This document shows positions 1 to 9,549 of a DNA stretch of 64,000 bases, in pieces. Under the pieces are notes generated by a model. The model searched no databases. It saw only the letters and a program-made list of their open reading frames with translations, and had not been told where the DNA came from. The stretch is from an uncultured delta proteobacterium (GTDB taxonomy: Bacteria; Desulfobacterota; Binatia; Binatales; Binataceae), in contig CAVQEQ010000001.1 in the NCBI GenBank assembly GCA_963711565.1, positions 512,001-576,000 of the forward strand, written 5' to 3'. Numbering within the stretch: the first letter of the stretch is position 1; every line of letters starts with the position of its first letter. The position numbers were made by a program, and so were the translations under genes.

Positions 1-540
1 GCCGCGGCGCAGGATCTCGGCGTCCCGCTCGCGATTCATCCGACCTTCGAGCCCGCCGGCTTCGGCATCCACCATCGCTACGACAATTTCGCCTGGGCCG
101 CGTGGTATTACGATCTGTTCGCGGGCCAGGGCGTGCAGCACGCCTTCGGCACGCTCTTCCAGTTCGGCGTCTTCGACCGCTTCCCGAAGCTGCGCGTCGT
201 CGTGCTCGAATCGCAGGCCGGATGGATCGGCTACTTCCTCGATCGCGGCGACGCCATCTTCAACGGCACCACGCTCGGCGCGACAGTCCGCCTCAAGGAG
301 AAGCCGTCGTACTACTTCAAGCGCCAATGCTACATCTCGGCCGACCCCGACGAACGCACTATCGCGGCGATGATGGAAATTGTCGGCGAGGACAAATTCT
401 TCTGGGCCACCGACTATCCGCATCCCGACCATCCCGGAAACTATCTGGAGGAGCTGAAGGGCATGATCGCGCCGATGAAGGAGTCGGGACGCCGCGGCAT
501 TCTCGGCGAGAACGTCGCCCGCGCATACCAACTCATGTAG
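1..540 (+). CDS. Amidohydrolase_2 family metal-dependent hydrolase/decarboxylase (5'-truncated by window edge)
   Basis: Frame is open from base 1 (AAAQDLGVPLAIHP...). Motifs GVFDRFPKLRVVVLE, WATDYPH and ILGENVARAY are typical of the family. Confidence 0.85.
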   Translation, partial: AAAQDLGVPLAIHPTFEPAGFGIHHRYDNFAWAAWYYDLFAGQGVQHAFGTLFQFGVFDRFPKLRVVVLESQAGWIGYFLDRGDAIFNGTTLGATVRLKEKPSYYFKRQCYISADPDERTIAAMMEIVGEDKFFWATDYPHPDHPGNYLEELKGMIAPMKESGRRGILGENVARAYQLM

Positions 541-642
541 CCGGCATCAAAACCTGCTATCCACTTCCAGCGCCCGTCGCGGCTATGCTGTACTGCGCCG
601 GATCGCAGTCTATACTCGACCATCCGTCCGCTGGAGGAACCT

Positions 643-1191
643 ATGCCGCGTCCGATCCGGATTTACCGCTCACTAACTTCGCCCGCCGCCGTTGCCGTGC
701 TCGCGACCTTGCTCGCATACGCGACATCTTCCTGCAACTCGCAGTCGTTCCAATATGCGCCCGAGCCCTCGATGCCGACGCCGCCGCCCGCGCCCGTGCA
801 GGCGCCTCCACCGCCGATGAACGTCGCGCGTTTGCTCAACGGAAACTGGATGGCCACCTATCCGGGCGGTCCGCTGCGAGTGGTCATCGGTCTCGACCAG
901 ATGCTCCGCGGCCGCAACTACGTCGCGACTATGGTCGATGGCAACAAATACATTCCGGCAGGCCAGGTAGTATGGAAAGGAACACTCGATCAGAACGTGC
1001 CGGGCATTGTGAAGGCTGATCAGATTTGCGCCGATCATGGATTCCAGGGTGCGCGATGGGTCCAGGCACGAATCATCGTCAGCGACGCGAGCAATTTCCG
1101 CGAAGAGCTCGTCGATCCCACCTCATGCCACGGCTTCCCCGTGAAATTCACCCGCGTCGGCCCCGCACCGACATCGCCAGTCACGGATTAA
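643..1191 (+). CDS. Hypothetical lipoprotein with Pro-rich linker
   Basis: GGAGG RBS; hydrophobic stretch ending TSSC (lipobox-like); Pro-rich linker; beta-rich domain with 2 Cys. Confidence 0.65.
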   Translation: MPRPIRIYRSLTSPAAVAVLATLLAYATSSCNSQSFQYAPEPSMPTPPPAPVQAPPPPMNVARLLNGNWMATYPGGPLRVVIGLDQMLRGRNYVATMVDGNKYIPAGQVVWKGTLDQNVPGIVKADQICADHGFQGARWVQARIIVSDASNFREELVDPTSCHGFPVKFTRVGPAPTSPVTD

Positions 1192-1206
1192 GGCGCAAAA
1201 ATGAAA

Positions 1207-1228
1207 GGCCGCCCCAGTTGGGACGGCC
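1207..1228. terminator. Rho-independent terminator between convergent genes
   Basis: GGCCGCCCC-AGTT-GGGACGGCC hairpin. A-tract on the left gives a U-tract for the minus-strand LLM gene. Confidence 0.6.
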
Positions 1229-1253
1229 CTCTCTTCTCCAATTGCAGCTCCGC

Positions 1254-2447
1254 CTAGACCAGCATCCCGGCCTGCACGACTGTCGGTCCATCATGCTTCG
1301 GAATCTTCGGCTCGGGCTTGCGCTTCATCGCCTTCTCGAGGATCGGCGCGATACGCTCGGCCTTCTGATGCGCGCGCTTCGGCTCGCGCTCCTTGAACTC
1401 CGGCAGCACTTTCTCCGCGAACAGGTTGAGCGACGAGCAGATATCCTCGTGCTTGTTGTTGCCCGCCTGCGAGATGAACACGACCTGGTCAACGCCGGCT
1501 TCCTCGAACTCGCGCAGCCGCGTGCGAATCTCGTCCGGCGATCCCACGCATGAGTTCGTCCCGTCCATGCCCGGCAACGTAAACGGGCTGGCTTTGAAAT
1601 TATTCCAGATATTCGTCTTACCCGGCTCGTGCTTGCCGAACGCATAGTGATGGCCGAGCGCGTACGAGAAAAACTTCAGCCCCTCTTCGCCCATCTTGTG
1701 CGCCAGCTCGGCATTCTGATCGCACATGAAGCCGGTGACGATCGCGATATTCGCATTGACCGCGTATCCGATCGGCTCGCACTCGTTCTCGAGCGTCGTG
1801 TAGTAATCGTTGACCCAGGTCCGCGCCTCTTCCGGCGAGACGAACGCGAACGTCAGCGCGCCGATTCCCAGCTTCGCCGCCAGATGAATTGTCTCGCGCC
1901 GCGAGCATGCGACCCACAGCGGCGGATGCGGTTTCTGCGCCGGCTTCGGCACCACGTTGCGCACCGGCATCGAGAAGTACTTGCCCTCATGCCCCTGGAA
2001 CGGATCCTCGACGAACATCCGCGCAATCGCCCCGAGCGACTCCTGCCACATCTCGCGCTTGTCCGCGCGCGGGATGCGAAACCCGCCGAGCTCCAGCTCC
2101 GCCGACGATTCGCCGGTGCCGAACTCGACCCGTCCGCCGCTCACCAAATCGAGCGTCGCGATCCGTTCCGCCACGCGCGCCGGATGGTTGTACCCCGGCG
2201 GCAGCAGCACGATTCCGTGACCGAGACGAATCTGCTTCGTCCGCTGACTGGCCGCCGCCAGAAAAATCTCGGGTGCCGACGAATGCGCGTATTCCTCGAG
2301 AAAGTGATGCTCGACTTCCCACATGTGGTCGATGCCGAGCTTGTCCGCGAGCTCGACCTGGTCGAGCGCGTCCTTGAACAGCTTCAGCTCCGCGCCCTCC
2401 TGCCACGGCCGCGGCAGCTGATGCTCATAAAAAGTTCCCAACTTCAT
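1254..2447 (-). CDS. LLM class flavin-dependent oxidoreductase
   Basis: Motifs W.VEHHF, IRLGHGIVLLP, RVAERIATLDLVSGGRVEFGTG and PKPAQKPHPPLW; AGGAG RBS. Confidence 0.9.
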   Translation of the reverse strand: MKLGTFYEHQLPRPWQEGAELKLFKDALDQVELADKLGIDHMWEVEHHFLEEYAHSSAPEIFLAAASQRTKQIRLGHGIVLLPPGYNHPARVAERIATLDLVSGGRVEFGTGESSAELELGGFRIPRADKREMWQESLGAIARMFVEDPFQGHEGKYFSMPVRNVVPKPAQKPHPPLWVACSRRETIHLAAKLGIGALTFAFVSPEEARTWVNDYYTTLENECEPIGYAVNANIAIVTGFMCDQNAELAHKMGEEGLKFFSYALGHHYAFGKHEPGKTNIWNNFKASPFTLPGMDGTNSCVGSPDEIRTRLREFEEAGVDQVVFISQAGNNKHEDICSSLNLFAEKVLPEFKEREPKRAHQKAERIAPILEKAMKRKPEPKIPKHDGPTVVQAGMLV

Positions 2448-2491
2448 ATCGCGATCCTCTCCTTAAGTTCTTCTGTCTGTTCTTTTCTGCT

Positions 2492-2596
2492 CCCCCTTTC
2501 CATCATGGAAAGGGGGTTGGGGGGATAGGACGCCATGGTCCTCGTCTCAGGTTCCCCTTCCCCATTCCTTCTGGGGAAGGGGCCAGGGGTTAGGGT
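2492..2596. repeat. Two REP-like hairpins (C-tract/G-tract family A)
   Basis: CCCCCTTTCCA-TCA-TGGAAAGGGGG+TTGGGGGGATAGG and CCCCTTCCCCA-N7-TGGGGAAGGGG+CCAGGGGTTAGG. Confidence 0.7.
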
Positions 2597-2630
2597 TCCG
2601 TTCCTCACCTCGTTCGCGAAACATCGCGCA

Positions 2631-3326
2631 TCATTGTCCCGACGGCTCCTGCGGCGTCGTAAACAGCGTGCGCTCGACCATGTCGATCACTTCGCGCTTG
2701 CGCCGCTCGATCATCGCCGGCTCGAGCAGGTTCATGCTCCACAGCCGCCGGATCATCGCCGCCGTCGTGAAGTAGCCGATCGTGATCGAGTTGAGACTCC
2801 ACATGAAATGCAGCGGATCGACTTCGGCGCGGAACTCGCCGTCGCGCTGTCCGCGAAAAATAAAATTCACCGCAGTCGAGAACAGCGGCGGCAGCCTGCG
2901 CTTGAGCACTTGCCGCCCGACCCCGCTTTCGTCGGCCATCTCTTTCCACATGATTCGCACGAAATCCGGATGGCTCGCGATAAAATCGATCGTGTCGCCG
3001 ACCGCCTGCCGCATCCGCTCCTGCCGGCTCTCGCGCCCCCACGCGATCGCATTGGCCGCGTCCTCGAGACTCTCAAACATCTTGTCGAGCACCGCGAGGT
3101 AGAGCTGCTGCTTCGACGGAAAATGGTGCAGCAGCGAAGGCGCCTTAATCCCGATCCTCTTCGCGATATCGCGCAAGCTGGTCCCGCGATACCCGCGCTC
3201 GGCAAACAACGCCTGCGCCACCTGCAACACACGATCCCGCGTATCAGTAGGCCGCCGCAAATCAACGACCTTGCCGCTGGCGCGCGCCCCGGAATTTTTA
3301 GAAGTGTTCCGCACTATGCCCGCCAA
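2631..3326 (-). CDS. TetR/AcrR family transcriptional regulator
   Basis: HTH: LFAERGYRGTSLRDIAKRIGIKAPSLLHHFPSKQQL. Start codon uncertain. Confidence 0.9.
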   Translation of the reverse strand: MAGIVRNTSKNSGARASGKVVDLRRPTDTRDRVLQVAQALFAERGYRGTSLRDIAKRIGIKAPSLLHHFPSKQQLYLAVLDKMFESLEDAANAIAWGRESRQERMRQAVGDTIDFIASHPDFVRIMWKEMADESGVGRQVLKRRLPPLFSTAVNFIFRGQRDGEFRAEVDPLHFMWSLNSITIGYFTTAAMIRRLWSMNLLEPAMIERRKREVIDMVERTLFTTPQEPSGQ

Positions 3327-3335
3327 AAAATCTAT

Positions 3336-3349
3336 CTAACGCCTGTTAG
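3336..3349. promoter_or_regulatory. Candidate TetR operator palindrome
   Basis: CTAAC-GCCT-GTTAG immediately upstream of the TetR gene, in the divergent region facing the amidase. Confidence 0.45.
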
Positions 3350-3514
3350 GGAGTCAAACCGCGCCCCGCCGGCTACCTATGTTCGGTATCGCTTTCTAAT
3401 TCCGGCCTCATCGTAGTAAGTTTCGTCCACGGAATAGAGCAGGAATCTATGGAAGCGCTGTTTCTCCCATAAACCCTTTCGCGAAAGCCGCGCTTCGCGG
3501 ATTTCGCGACTTCA

Positions 3515-3540
3515 CACTGGGTGCAGGGGTCACCCCTGCC
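3515..3540. repeat. Partial copy of dispersed palindromic repeat family B
   Basis: CACTGGGTGCAGGGGTCACCCCTGCC, identical to 19303-19328. Confidence 0.8.
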
Positions 3541-3568
3541 GCCCACCGCGCAGGTGATTATGTCCCCG

Positions 3569-4978
3569 ATGAGCGAACTGTATTGGAAGCCGGCCCACGA
3601 ACTCGCCACGATGATTCGCAAGCGCGAACTCAAGCCCAGCGAGTTGATGGACGTGACGATCAAGCGCATCGAGCAGACCAACTCGAAGCTCAACGCCTTT
3701 GTCGCCCTGCGCGCCGACGCCGCCATGAAAGAGGCGCGTGCGCTCGACGAGAAGATCGCGCGCGGCGACAAAGTCGGGACGCTTGCCGGGTTGCCGCTCG
3801 GCGTCAAGGACCTCGAGGATACGGTCGGCCTCGTCAATAGCCATGGGTCGAAGCCGTTCAAGGACAACATCTCCACGACGGATTCGATCCAGGTTGCGCG
3901 CCTCAAGGCGGCCGGCGCGATCGTGATCGGCAAGACCAACGCGCCCGAGTTCGGCTACACCGCCTTCACCAAGAATCTGCTGTTCGGGCCGACGCGCAAT
4001 CCGTGGAATCTCGAGCGCACGCCCGGCGGCTCGTCGGGCGGTACATCGGCCGCAATCGCGGCCGGCCTCGTGCCCATCTCGACCGGCTCCGATGGCGGCG
4101 GCTCGGTGCGAATCCCCGCGTGTTACACCGGATGCTACGGGTTGAAGCCGACCTACGGCCGCGTTCCGAACGACCCGACGCTCGGGATGCAACAATGGAA
4201 CGACACTTCCGTGCACGGCCCGATCGTCCGCACGGTGCGCGACGCCGCGATCTTCATGGATGCGGTCGTCGGCTATCATCCCGCCGATCCCGATTCGATT
4301 CCGCATCCGGGAATTTCCTACGCCGCTATTCTCGAGGGTCTGCCGAAAAAACTGCGCATCGCGTTTCATCCCGACTTCGGCCATCTCGTGCAGACCAACG
4401 TCGCTCGCGAAATCGCGAAGGCCGCCGCCGTCTTCAAGGACCTCGGCCACAGCGTGACGACGATCGACGACCCTGTCCCCGACACGGGCCGCGCGTGGAT
4501 GCAGGTAGGCGCGGGGCAGGGCTATGCGATGCTGCATGAATACCTCGACAAGCATCGCGGCGACTTCGGTCGCGCATTCGCGGAGGGCACCGAAGCCGCG
4601 GTTCGCGTCACATGGAAGCACATGGGCGAGGCGTATCGGCGCCGCACCGAGTTCAACGAATGGTGCCGGCGCGTGTTCGAGCGTTTCGATCTGCTGCTAT
4701 GCCCGGTGCTGCCGACCGAGGCGTTTCCCGCCAAGGGTCCGATGCCGACAGAGATCAACGGCCATCCGCTCAAGCATCCGCTCGACGCCGTCGTCTTCAC
4801 CTATCCGTTCAACATGAGTGGTCATCCCGCGGCGTCGGTGCGCGCCGGCCTGACGGATTCCGGCCTGCCATGCGGCCTGCAAATCGTCGCCGAGCGCTGG
4901 CGTGAGGATCTCGTCCTGCAAGCATCATACGCCTACGAACAAGCGCGCCCATGGAACAACAACTGGCCCAAGATTTAA
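3569..4978 (+). CDS. Amidase signature family protein
   Basis: GLPLGVKD (catalytic Lys), TPGGSSGG, GSDGGGSVRIPA (Ser-cisSer-Lys triad). Start could be 3560 or 3569. Confidence 0.92.
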   Translation: MSELYWKPAHELATMIRKRELKPSELMDVTIKRIEQTNSKLNAFVALRADAAMKEARALDEKIARGDKVGTLAGLPLGVKDLEDTVGLVNSHGSKPFKDNISTTDSIQVARLKAAGAIVIGKTNAPEFGYTAFTKNLLFGPTRNPWNLERTPGGSSGGTSAAIAAGLVPISTGSDGGGSVRIPACYTGCYGLKPTYGRVPNDPTLGMQQWNDTSVHGPIVRTVRDAAIFMDAVVGYHPADPDSIPHPGISYAAILEGLPKKLRIAFHPDFGHLVQTNVAREIAKAAAVFKDLGHSVTTIDDPVPDTGRAWMQVGAGQGYAMLHEYLDKHRGDFGRAFAEGTEAAVRVTWKHMGEAYRRRTEFNEWCRRVFERFDLLLCPVLPTEAFPAKGPMPTEINGHPLKHPLDAVVFTYPFNMSGHPAASVRAGLTDSGLPCGLQIVAERWREDLVLQASYAYEQARPWNNNWPKI

Positions 4979-4987
4979 TTTTTTCGA

Positions 4988-5020
4988 TCCCACCATGGGA
5001 AGGGGTTAGGGGTTAGGTTA
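4988..5020. repeat. Truncated family A REP-like element
   Basis: CCCACCATGGGAAGGGGTTAGGGGTTAGG, same G-rich tail as the other copies. Confidence 0.5.
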
Positions 5021-5053
5021 GCCTTCAACATCAGACTCTATAGGAGACACACG

Positions 5054-5488
5054 ATGCCTGAGTTCAACGAAAAAGCGATGCGCGCGTTCAACGACAAACT
5101 GATCGAAGAGTTCCGCGCCAACGGCGGCAAAGTCCTGAGCGGCCCGTTCGTCAACGCCCCCTTGCTGCTGCTGACGACCACCGGCGCGAAAAGCGGCAAG
5201 CCCTTCACTACTCCGCTGGTCTATACCAAGGACGGCAATCGAATCGTGATCATCGCCTCAAAGGGCGGCTTCCCGACGAACCCAGCGTGGTTCCACAATC
5301 TCAAGGCTCATCCGACGACGACGCTCGAGATCGGCAAGGAAAAATTCCAGGCCAAAGCCACCATCACCAAGGATCCCGAACGCCAGCGCCTGTTCGACGC
5401 CCAGGCCAAGGTGATGCCGAACTTTAACGAGTATCAGAAGAACACGACGCGTCAGATTCCGGTGATAGTGCTGGACCGCATTTCCTAG
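5054..5488 (+). CDS. Deazaflavin (F420)-dependent oxidoreductase, nitroreductase/Ddn (FDOR-A) family
   Basis: LLLLTTTGAKSG, IASKGG...NPAWFHNL, YQKNTTRQIPV; AGGAG RBS. Confidence 0.9.
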   Translation: MPEFNEKAMRAFNDKLIEEFRANGGKVLSGPFVNAPLLLLTTTGAKSGKPFTTPLVYTKDGNRIVIIASKGGFPTNPAWFHNLKAHPTTTLEIGKEKFQAKATITKDPERQRLFDAQAKVMPNFNEYQKNTTRQIPVIVLDRIS

Positions 5489-5534
5489 CCTCTCCTTGTC
5501 CGAGAGAGCTTCGCATAACAGCACCGCGCTTCTT

Positions 5535-5746
5535 CCCCTCTCCCAGAATGGGAGAGGATCGAAGGTGAGGGTCCTTATGCAGCGCGCGTTCTTGCGCGCG
5601 CGATTCAAGATTCTGGTGTGGGACCGGGTGTGTCCACCGAGGTTATGCAACCCTCTCCTGACAGGGAGAGGATGAAGAGTCCTTATACAGCGCGCATCCT
5701 TTGTTCCCCTCTCTCCTGAAGGGAGAGGGGTTAGGGGTGAGGTGCA
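5535..5746. repeat. Cluster of three family A REP-like hairpins with repeated spacers
   Basis: CCTCTCC-N-GGAGAGG hairpins at about 5535, 5651 and 5705. The spacer GTCCTTAT(G/A)CAGCGCGC occurs twice. Confidence 0.75.
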
Positions 5747-5825
5747 GCGCCAGACGAGGCAACCATAGCCGACTGATTTCGTAGCCATCTGTTCGACGCC
5801 CAAGCCAAACGCATGTAGCAACCTC

Positions 5826-6503
5826 TCACGTCGCCGAAATATGTCTGCACAGCAGCTCGGCCAGCAGAGCATACACTCTCCTATTCACCGCCAGCCCGCC
5901 GTGCGATCCTCGCACCTCGATATTCTCGGCATGACTCTCGCGCGCCCGCGGCTCATACGGGAGATCCGCGGCGACGTAAATCGACGTGATCGCGACCGAA
6001 GGCGGAATCGTCCCACCCGCAAAGCTGAGCGGCGCTCCGAGCATGATCAGGCGTCGAACCGCATTCGGCCTGCGCTGCGCAATCGAGCGCGCTTGCAGAC
6101 CGCCCAGGCTGTGACCGATCAACGTCACTCGATGGCCGATGCCGCGGAATTCGTCTTCTGCCTCGCGCCCGATTTCCTCGACGATTTCCTCCGACCACCC
6201 CGAATTGAAATCCAGCCCTGATTTCACCGCGCGATAGCCCATGCGTTCGATCCAGTTGCGCATCACGGCGAAGTGAATGTCGCCGGCGCCGTATCCCGGA
6301 ATTACAAGTACCGAACGCCCATCGCCGCGGCGCACCTTCGATCCCCAAAAGACCGGGCTCGCGACAAGTCCCGCCACCTCGGCCGCCGCGACCGCGTATT
6401 CCGTGCTGCCGGCAATACGGCGGCGCCAGCCGCGCGGGCGCGCCGCGATGAGTTCGTTTATCCCGAGCTCCTGCGGTATAGAGGACTGAGTAGTCGGAGT
6501 CAT
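5826..6503 (-). CDS. Alpha/beta hydrolase (esterase/lipase-like)
   Basis: VLVIPGYGAGD, LIGHSLGG (GxSxG nucleophile), GSHGGL (catalytic His). Start uncertain. Confidence 0.8.
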   Translation of the reverse strand: MTPTTQSSIPQELGINELIAARPRGWRRRIAGSTEYAVAAAEVAGLVASPVFWGSKVRRGDGRSVLVIPGYGAGDIHFAVMRNWIERMGYRAVKSGLDFNSGWSEEIVEEIGREAEDEFRGIGHRVTLIGHSLGGLQARSIAQRRPNAVRRLIMLGAPLSFAGGTIPPSVAITSIYVAADLPYEPRARESHAENIEVRGSHGGLAVNRRVYALLAELLCRHISAT

Positions 6504-6507
6504 CACG

Positions 6508-6888
6508 ATGGCAGATGCGATCACTAATTCAGACGCGATCGATCCCGCGATCATAAATTGCTATCACGCCCACATCTACTACGACGATACGTCGCGCGAC
6601 ACGGCCGCGCACCTGCGTGAAGCCATCGCGCGCAGCTTCAAAGTAGAAATGGGTCGATGGCGTGATGCGCCGGTCGGCCCGCATCCGCAATCGATGTATC
6701 AGGTGAAATTCAACCCTGAAGAATTCGCCAAAATAGTCCCATGGCTGATGCTCAACCGCGCCGGCCTCAACATCCTCGTCCATCCGGAAACCACCGACGC
6801 CTACACCGATCACGCAGTCAACGCGCTATGGCTCGGCGAGAAGCTGAAGCTGCGTCTGGAAATCCTCCGCAACCTGAAGAATGCTTAG
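6508..6888 (+). CDS. DOPA 4,5-dioxygenase family protein
   Basis: YHAHIYY, PVGPHP, VPWLMLNR.GL.ILVHP, DH...ALWLGE. Confidence 0.9.
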   Translation: MADAITNSDAIDPAIINCYHAHIYYDDTSRDTAAHLREAIARSFKVEMGRWRDAPVGPHPQSMYQVKFNPEEFAKIVPWLMLNRAGLNILVHPETTDAYTDHAVNALWLGEKLKLRLEILRNLKNA

Positions 6889-6933
6889 CGTGGTGTTTAT
6901 GGAACTTGACCTCACAAACGACAGCGTTCGACG

Positions 6934-7890
6934 ATGACGCTGCCACGGCTCGAACAAATCGAAGAAACGGCGCGATTAATCGCAACTGCGATGAAGCCAA
7001 CCCCGGAGATTTGCTGGGCCACGCTCTCCAGACGGTGCGACGCCGAAGTCTGGGTAAAACACGAAAACCACACGCCGATCGGTGCCTTCAAGATCCGGGG
7101 CGGACTGGTCTACATCCATAACTTGATACACGGGAAACAGCCGCCAGCCGGAATCATAGCGGCGACGCGGGGAAATCACGGCCAAAGCATCGCATATGCA
7201 GCCCGACGTTACGCACTGGAAACGACGATCGTGGTTCCGCACGGCAACAGCGCCGAGACGAACTTCGCGATGCAGGCGCTTGGAGCGAACCTCTTGGTCC
7301 ACGGCCATGACTTCCAGGCGGCGCTCGAATATGCGACCTCACAGGCGGCGGTGCGAAAACTGGCGATGATACCTTCGTTTCATGAGCTGCTCGTTCGCGG
7401 AGTCGCCACATGCGGCCTTGAGTTCCTGCGCGGGGCACCGAATCTTGAGACTGTCTATGTGCCTGTCGGGCTGGGCTCAGGGATTTGTGCGATGATCGCT
7501 GCGCGCGAAGCCTTGGGCAGGACGACCAAAGTCGTCGGCGTAGTTGCGGAAAATGCTCCGGCGTATGCTCTCTCGTACCGAGCAGGAAAGCCAATAGCCA
7601 CCGAGTCGGCGACAACGATCGCGGACGGTGTCGCATGTCGAGTGCCCGATATGCAGGCAGTCGAGATCATCAACCGGTACGCAGAGCGAATTGTAGAGGT
7701 GTCCGAGGCCGAAATTCGAGCGGCGATGCGTCACTACTTCACGGATACGCATAACGTGGCCGAGGGCGCAGGCGCCGTTCCTCTTGCTGCACTACTGAAA
7801 GAGTCCGAGGCAACCCGAGGGCGCCGTGTGGGTCTGGTTCTGACGGGAGGTAACGTCGATCGTACGGTCTTCGCGCAGATCCTCCGCTGA
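6934..7890 (+). CDS. PLP-dependent threonine/serine dehydratase family protein
   Basis: KHENHTPIGAFKIRG, ATRGNHGQ, VPVGLGSG, LTGGNVD. Confidence 0.9.
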   Translation: MTLPRLEQIEETARLIATAMKPTPEICWATLSRRCDAEVWVKHENHTPIGAFKIRGGLVYIHNLIHGKQPPAGIIAATRGNHGQSIAYAARRYALETTIVVPHGNSAETNFAMQALGANLLVHGHDFQAALEYATSQAAVRKLAMIPSFHELLVRGVATCGLEFLRGAPNLETVYVPVGLGSGICAMIAAREALGRTTKVVGVVAENAPAYALSYRAGKPIATESATTIADGVACRVPDMQAVEIINRYAERIVEVSEAEIRAAMRHYFTDTHNVAEGAGAVPLAALLKESEATRGRRVGLVLTGGNVDRTVFAQILR

Positions 7891-7991
7891 GATGAGCCGT
7901 AGCGAGATCCGCCAAAGCCGCAGCTTTGCGGACGGAGTCCGCTGGCTAAAGGTGAGAGCGGCGCTCAGGGCGTCCGGGTGTGGGTGGGCTG

Positions 7992-8093
7992 ATGGCCAAG
8001 TTTGCCAGTGTGCTCTTTGACCCCGATGGTACGCTCATCGACCCCCGTGAAGGTATCGCTGGTACCATCCAATTCGAAATCTTTCGCACTTAA
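7992..8093 (+). pseudogene. N-terminal remnant of a HAD-family phosphatase (phosphoglycolate phosphatase-like)
   Basis: Manual translation MAKFASVLFDPDGTLIDPREGIAGTIQFEIFRT*. Contains HAD motif I (FDxDGTLxD) and stops after 33 codons. Confidence 0.65.
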
Positions 8094-8094
8094 G

Positions 8095-8640
8095 ATGAAG
8101 ACGCGCCGCATTCACATCATGGGAGCCTCCGGTGCCGGCGTCACCAGTCTCGGCCGCGCCCTGGCCGATGCGCTCTCGAATTCCCATCACGACACCGACG
8201 ACTACTTCTGGAAGCCGACCAATCCGCCTTATATCCAGCAGCGCGAGCCCGCGGAACGTCTGCACCTGATGCGGGAAGTCTTTCTGGAACGCTCGGATTG
8301 GGTCCTGAGCGGATCGCTCGACGGCTGGGGCGATTCGATCATTCCGTACCTCGACCTCGCGGTGTTCGTGTACACGCCGACCGCGATTCGTCTCGAACGC
8401 TTGGGCGCCCGCGAGCTGAAGCGCTTCGGCGCGGATGCGGCGCCCGGCGGCGCGATCCACAAAGAGGTGATGGAGTTCATCGAATGGGCATCGCACTACG
8501 ACGACGGCACTCGCGAGGGCCGCAACCTCGCCCGCCACCAGTCATGGCTCGCGACACTACCGTGCCCGGTCCTCCGCCTCGACGGCACCAGACCGTTGCA
8601 GGAACTGGTAAACGAAGTCTGTCGCGCAATTGAGCGGTAG
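8095..8640 (+). CDS. P-loop adenylate-kinase-like (AAA) protein
   Basis: RIHIMGASGAGVTSLG P-loop variant, DTDDYFW, WVLSGS. Confidence 0.8.
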   Translation: MKTRRIHIMGASGAGVTSLGRALADALSNSHHDTDDYFWKPTNPPYIQQREPAERLHLMREVFLERSDWVLSGSLDGWGDSIIPYLDLAVFVYTPTAIRLERLGARELKRFGADAAPGGAIHKEVMEFIEWASHYDDGTREGRNLARHQSWLATLPCPVLRLDGTRPLQELVNEVCRAIER

Positions 8641-8657
8641 ACTAGAGTCAGGACTCA

Positions 8658-9329
8658 TTGACCGATCCAAAAGATAACCGTTGCACCATTACCGCCTTTG
8701 AACGGTCACCCGATCGCGGTAAGGGACTGGCGCGTGATACGCGCGTTCGCTGGGCGCTTGAAGAAGTGGACCAACCCTACCAGGTTCGCCTTGTTTCGTT
8801 CCGTGCGACGAAGGAACCCGCGCATCGGGCGCTTCATCCTTTCGGCCAGATTCCGACCTATGAGGAAGGCGATCTCGCCCTGTTCGAGACAGGAGCGATC
8901 GTGTTCCATATCGCCGAGCGCCATCCGGGCCTGCTGCCGGACGATGCCAATGCCCGGGCGCGCGCGATCACCTGGATGTTTGCCGCGCTCAACACGGTGG
9001 AGCCGCCGATCCTTGAACGCGAAACCGCCAAGCTCCTGGAGGGCGACAAGACCTGGTATCAGGAGCGCCTGCCTCTGGTCGAGGATCGCGTCCGCGACCG
9101 GCTCAATCAACTTTCCGGTCGCCTGGGCGATGCCGACTGGCTCGATGGTGCGTTCAGCGCGGGCGACCTGATGATGGTGTCGGTGCTGCTCAGGTTGAAA
9201 TCATCGGGCATTCTGGACGAATATCCGAACCTGGCCGCCTATGTCGCCCGCGGCGAAGCGCGACCCGCCTACCAGCGGGCTTTCGACGCTCAATTGGCGG
9301 TTTACACCGGCAAGCCACCGACCGGCTGA
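8658..9329 (+). CDS. Glutathione S-transferase family protein
   Basis: RVRWALEE, HPFGQIP, LFETGAI, FSAGDLMM, ARPAYQRA. Confidence 0.9.
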   Translation: MTDPKDNRCTITAFERSPDRGKGLARDTRVRWALEEVDQPYQVRLVSFRATKEPAHRALHPFGQIPTYEEGDLALFETGAIVFHIAERHPGLLPDDANARARAITWMFAALNTVEPPILERETAKLLEGDKTWYQERLPLVEDRVRDRLNQLSGRLGDADWLDGAFSAGDLMMVSVLLRLKSSGILDEYPNLAAYVARGEARPAYQRAFDAQLAVYTGKPPTG

Positions 9330-9549
9330 TTGAGGTCCGTCCTGGGCTCGAAGTCGTCCTCCGAGTTTTTCGTTCAGTTTACAGCCTGCTCTTCCAGAGA
9401 TTCTCACTGCTCTGCGAAAGGATCATCGATGCTCGCGATCTCGCGCCCGGTGGTCCCGAAATCGGAAATTTTTTTCTCGATAGACGCTTTTGTGACAAGC
9501 AAGAGTCTCGAAGTAAATACGGTCATCGGATTCGAATTCCGCCGAAGAC

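Noticed and set aside
5489-5760. CRISPR array
   Set aside because: Repeats are variable hairpins with irregular, partly repeated spacers, and there are no cas genes.
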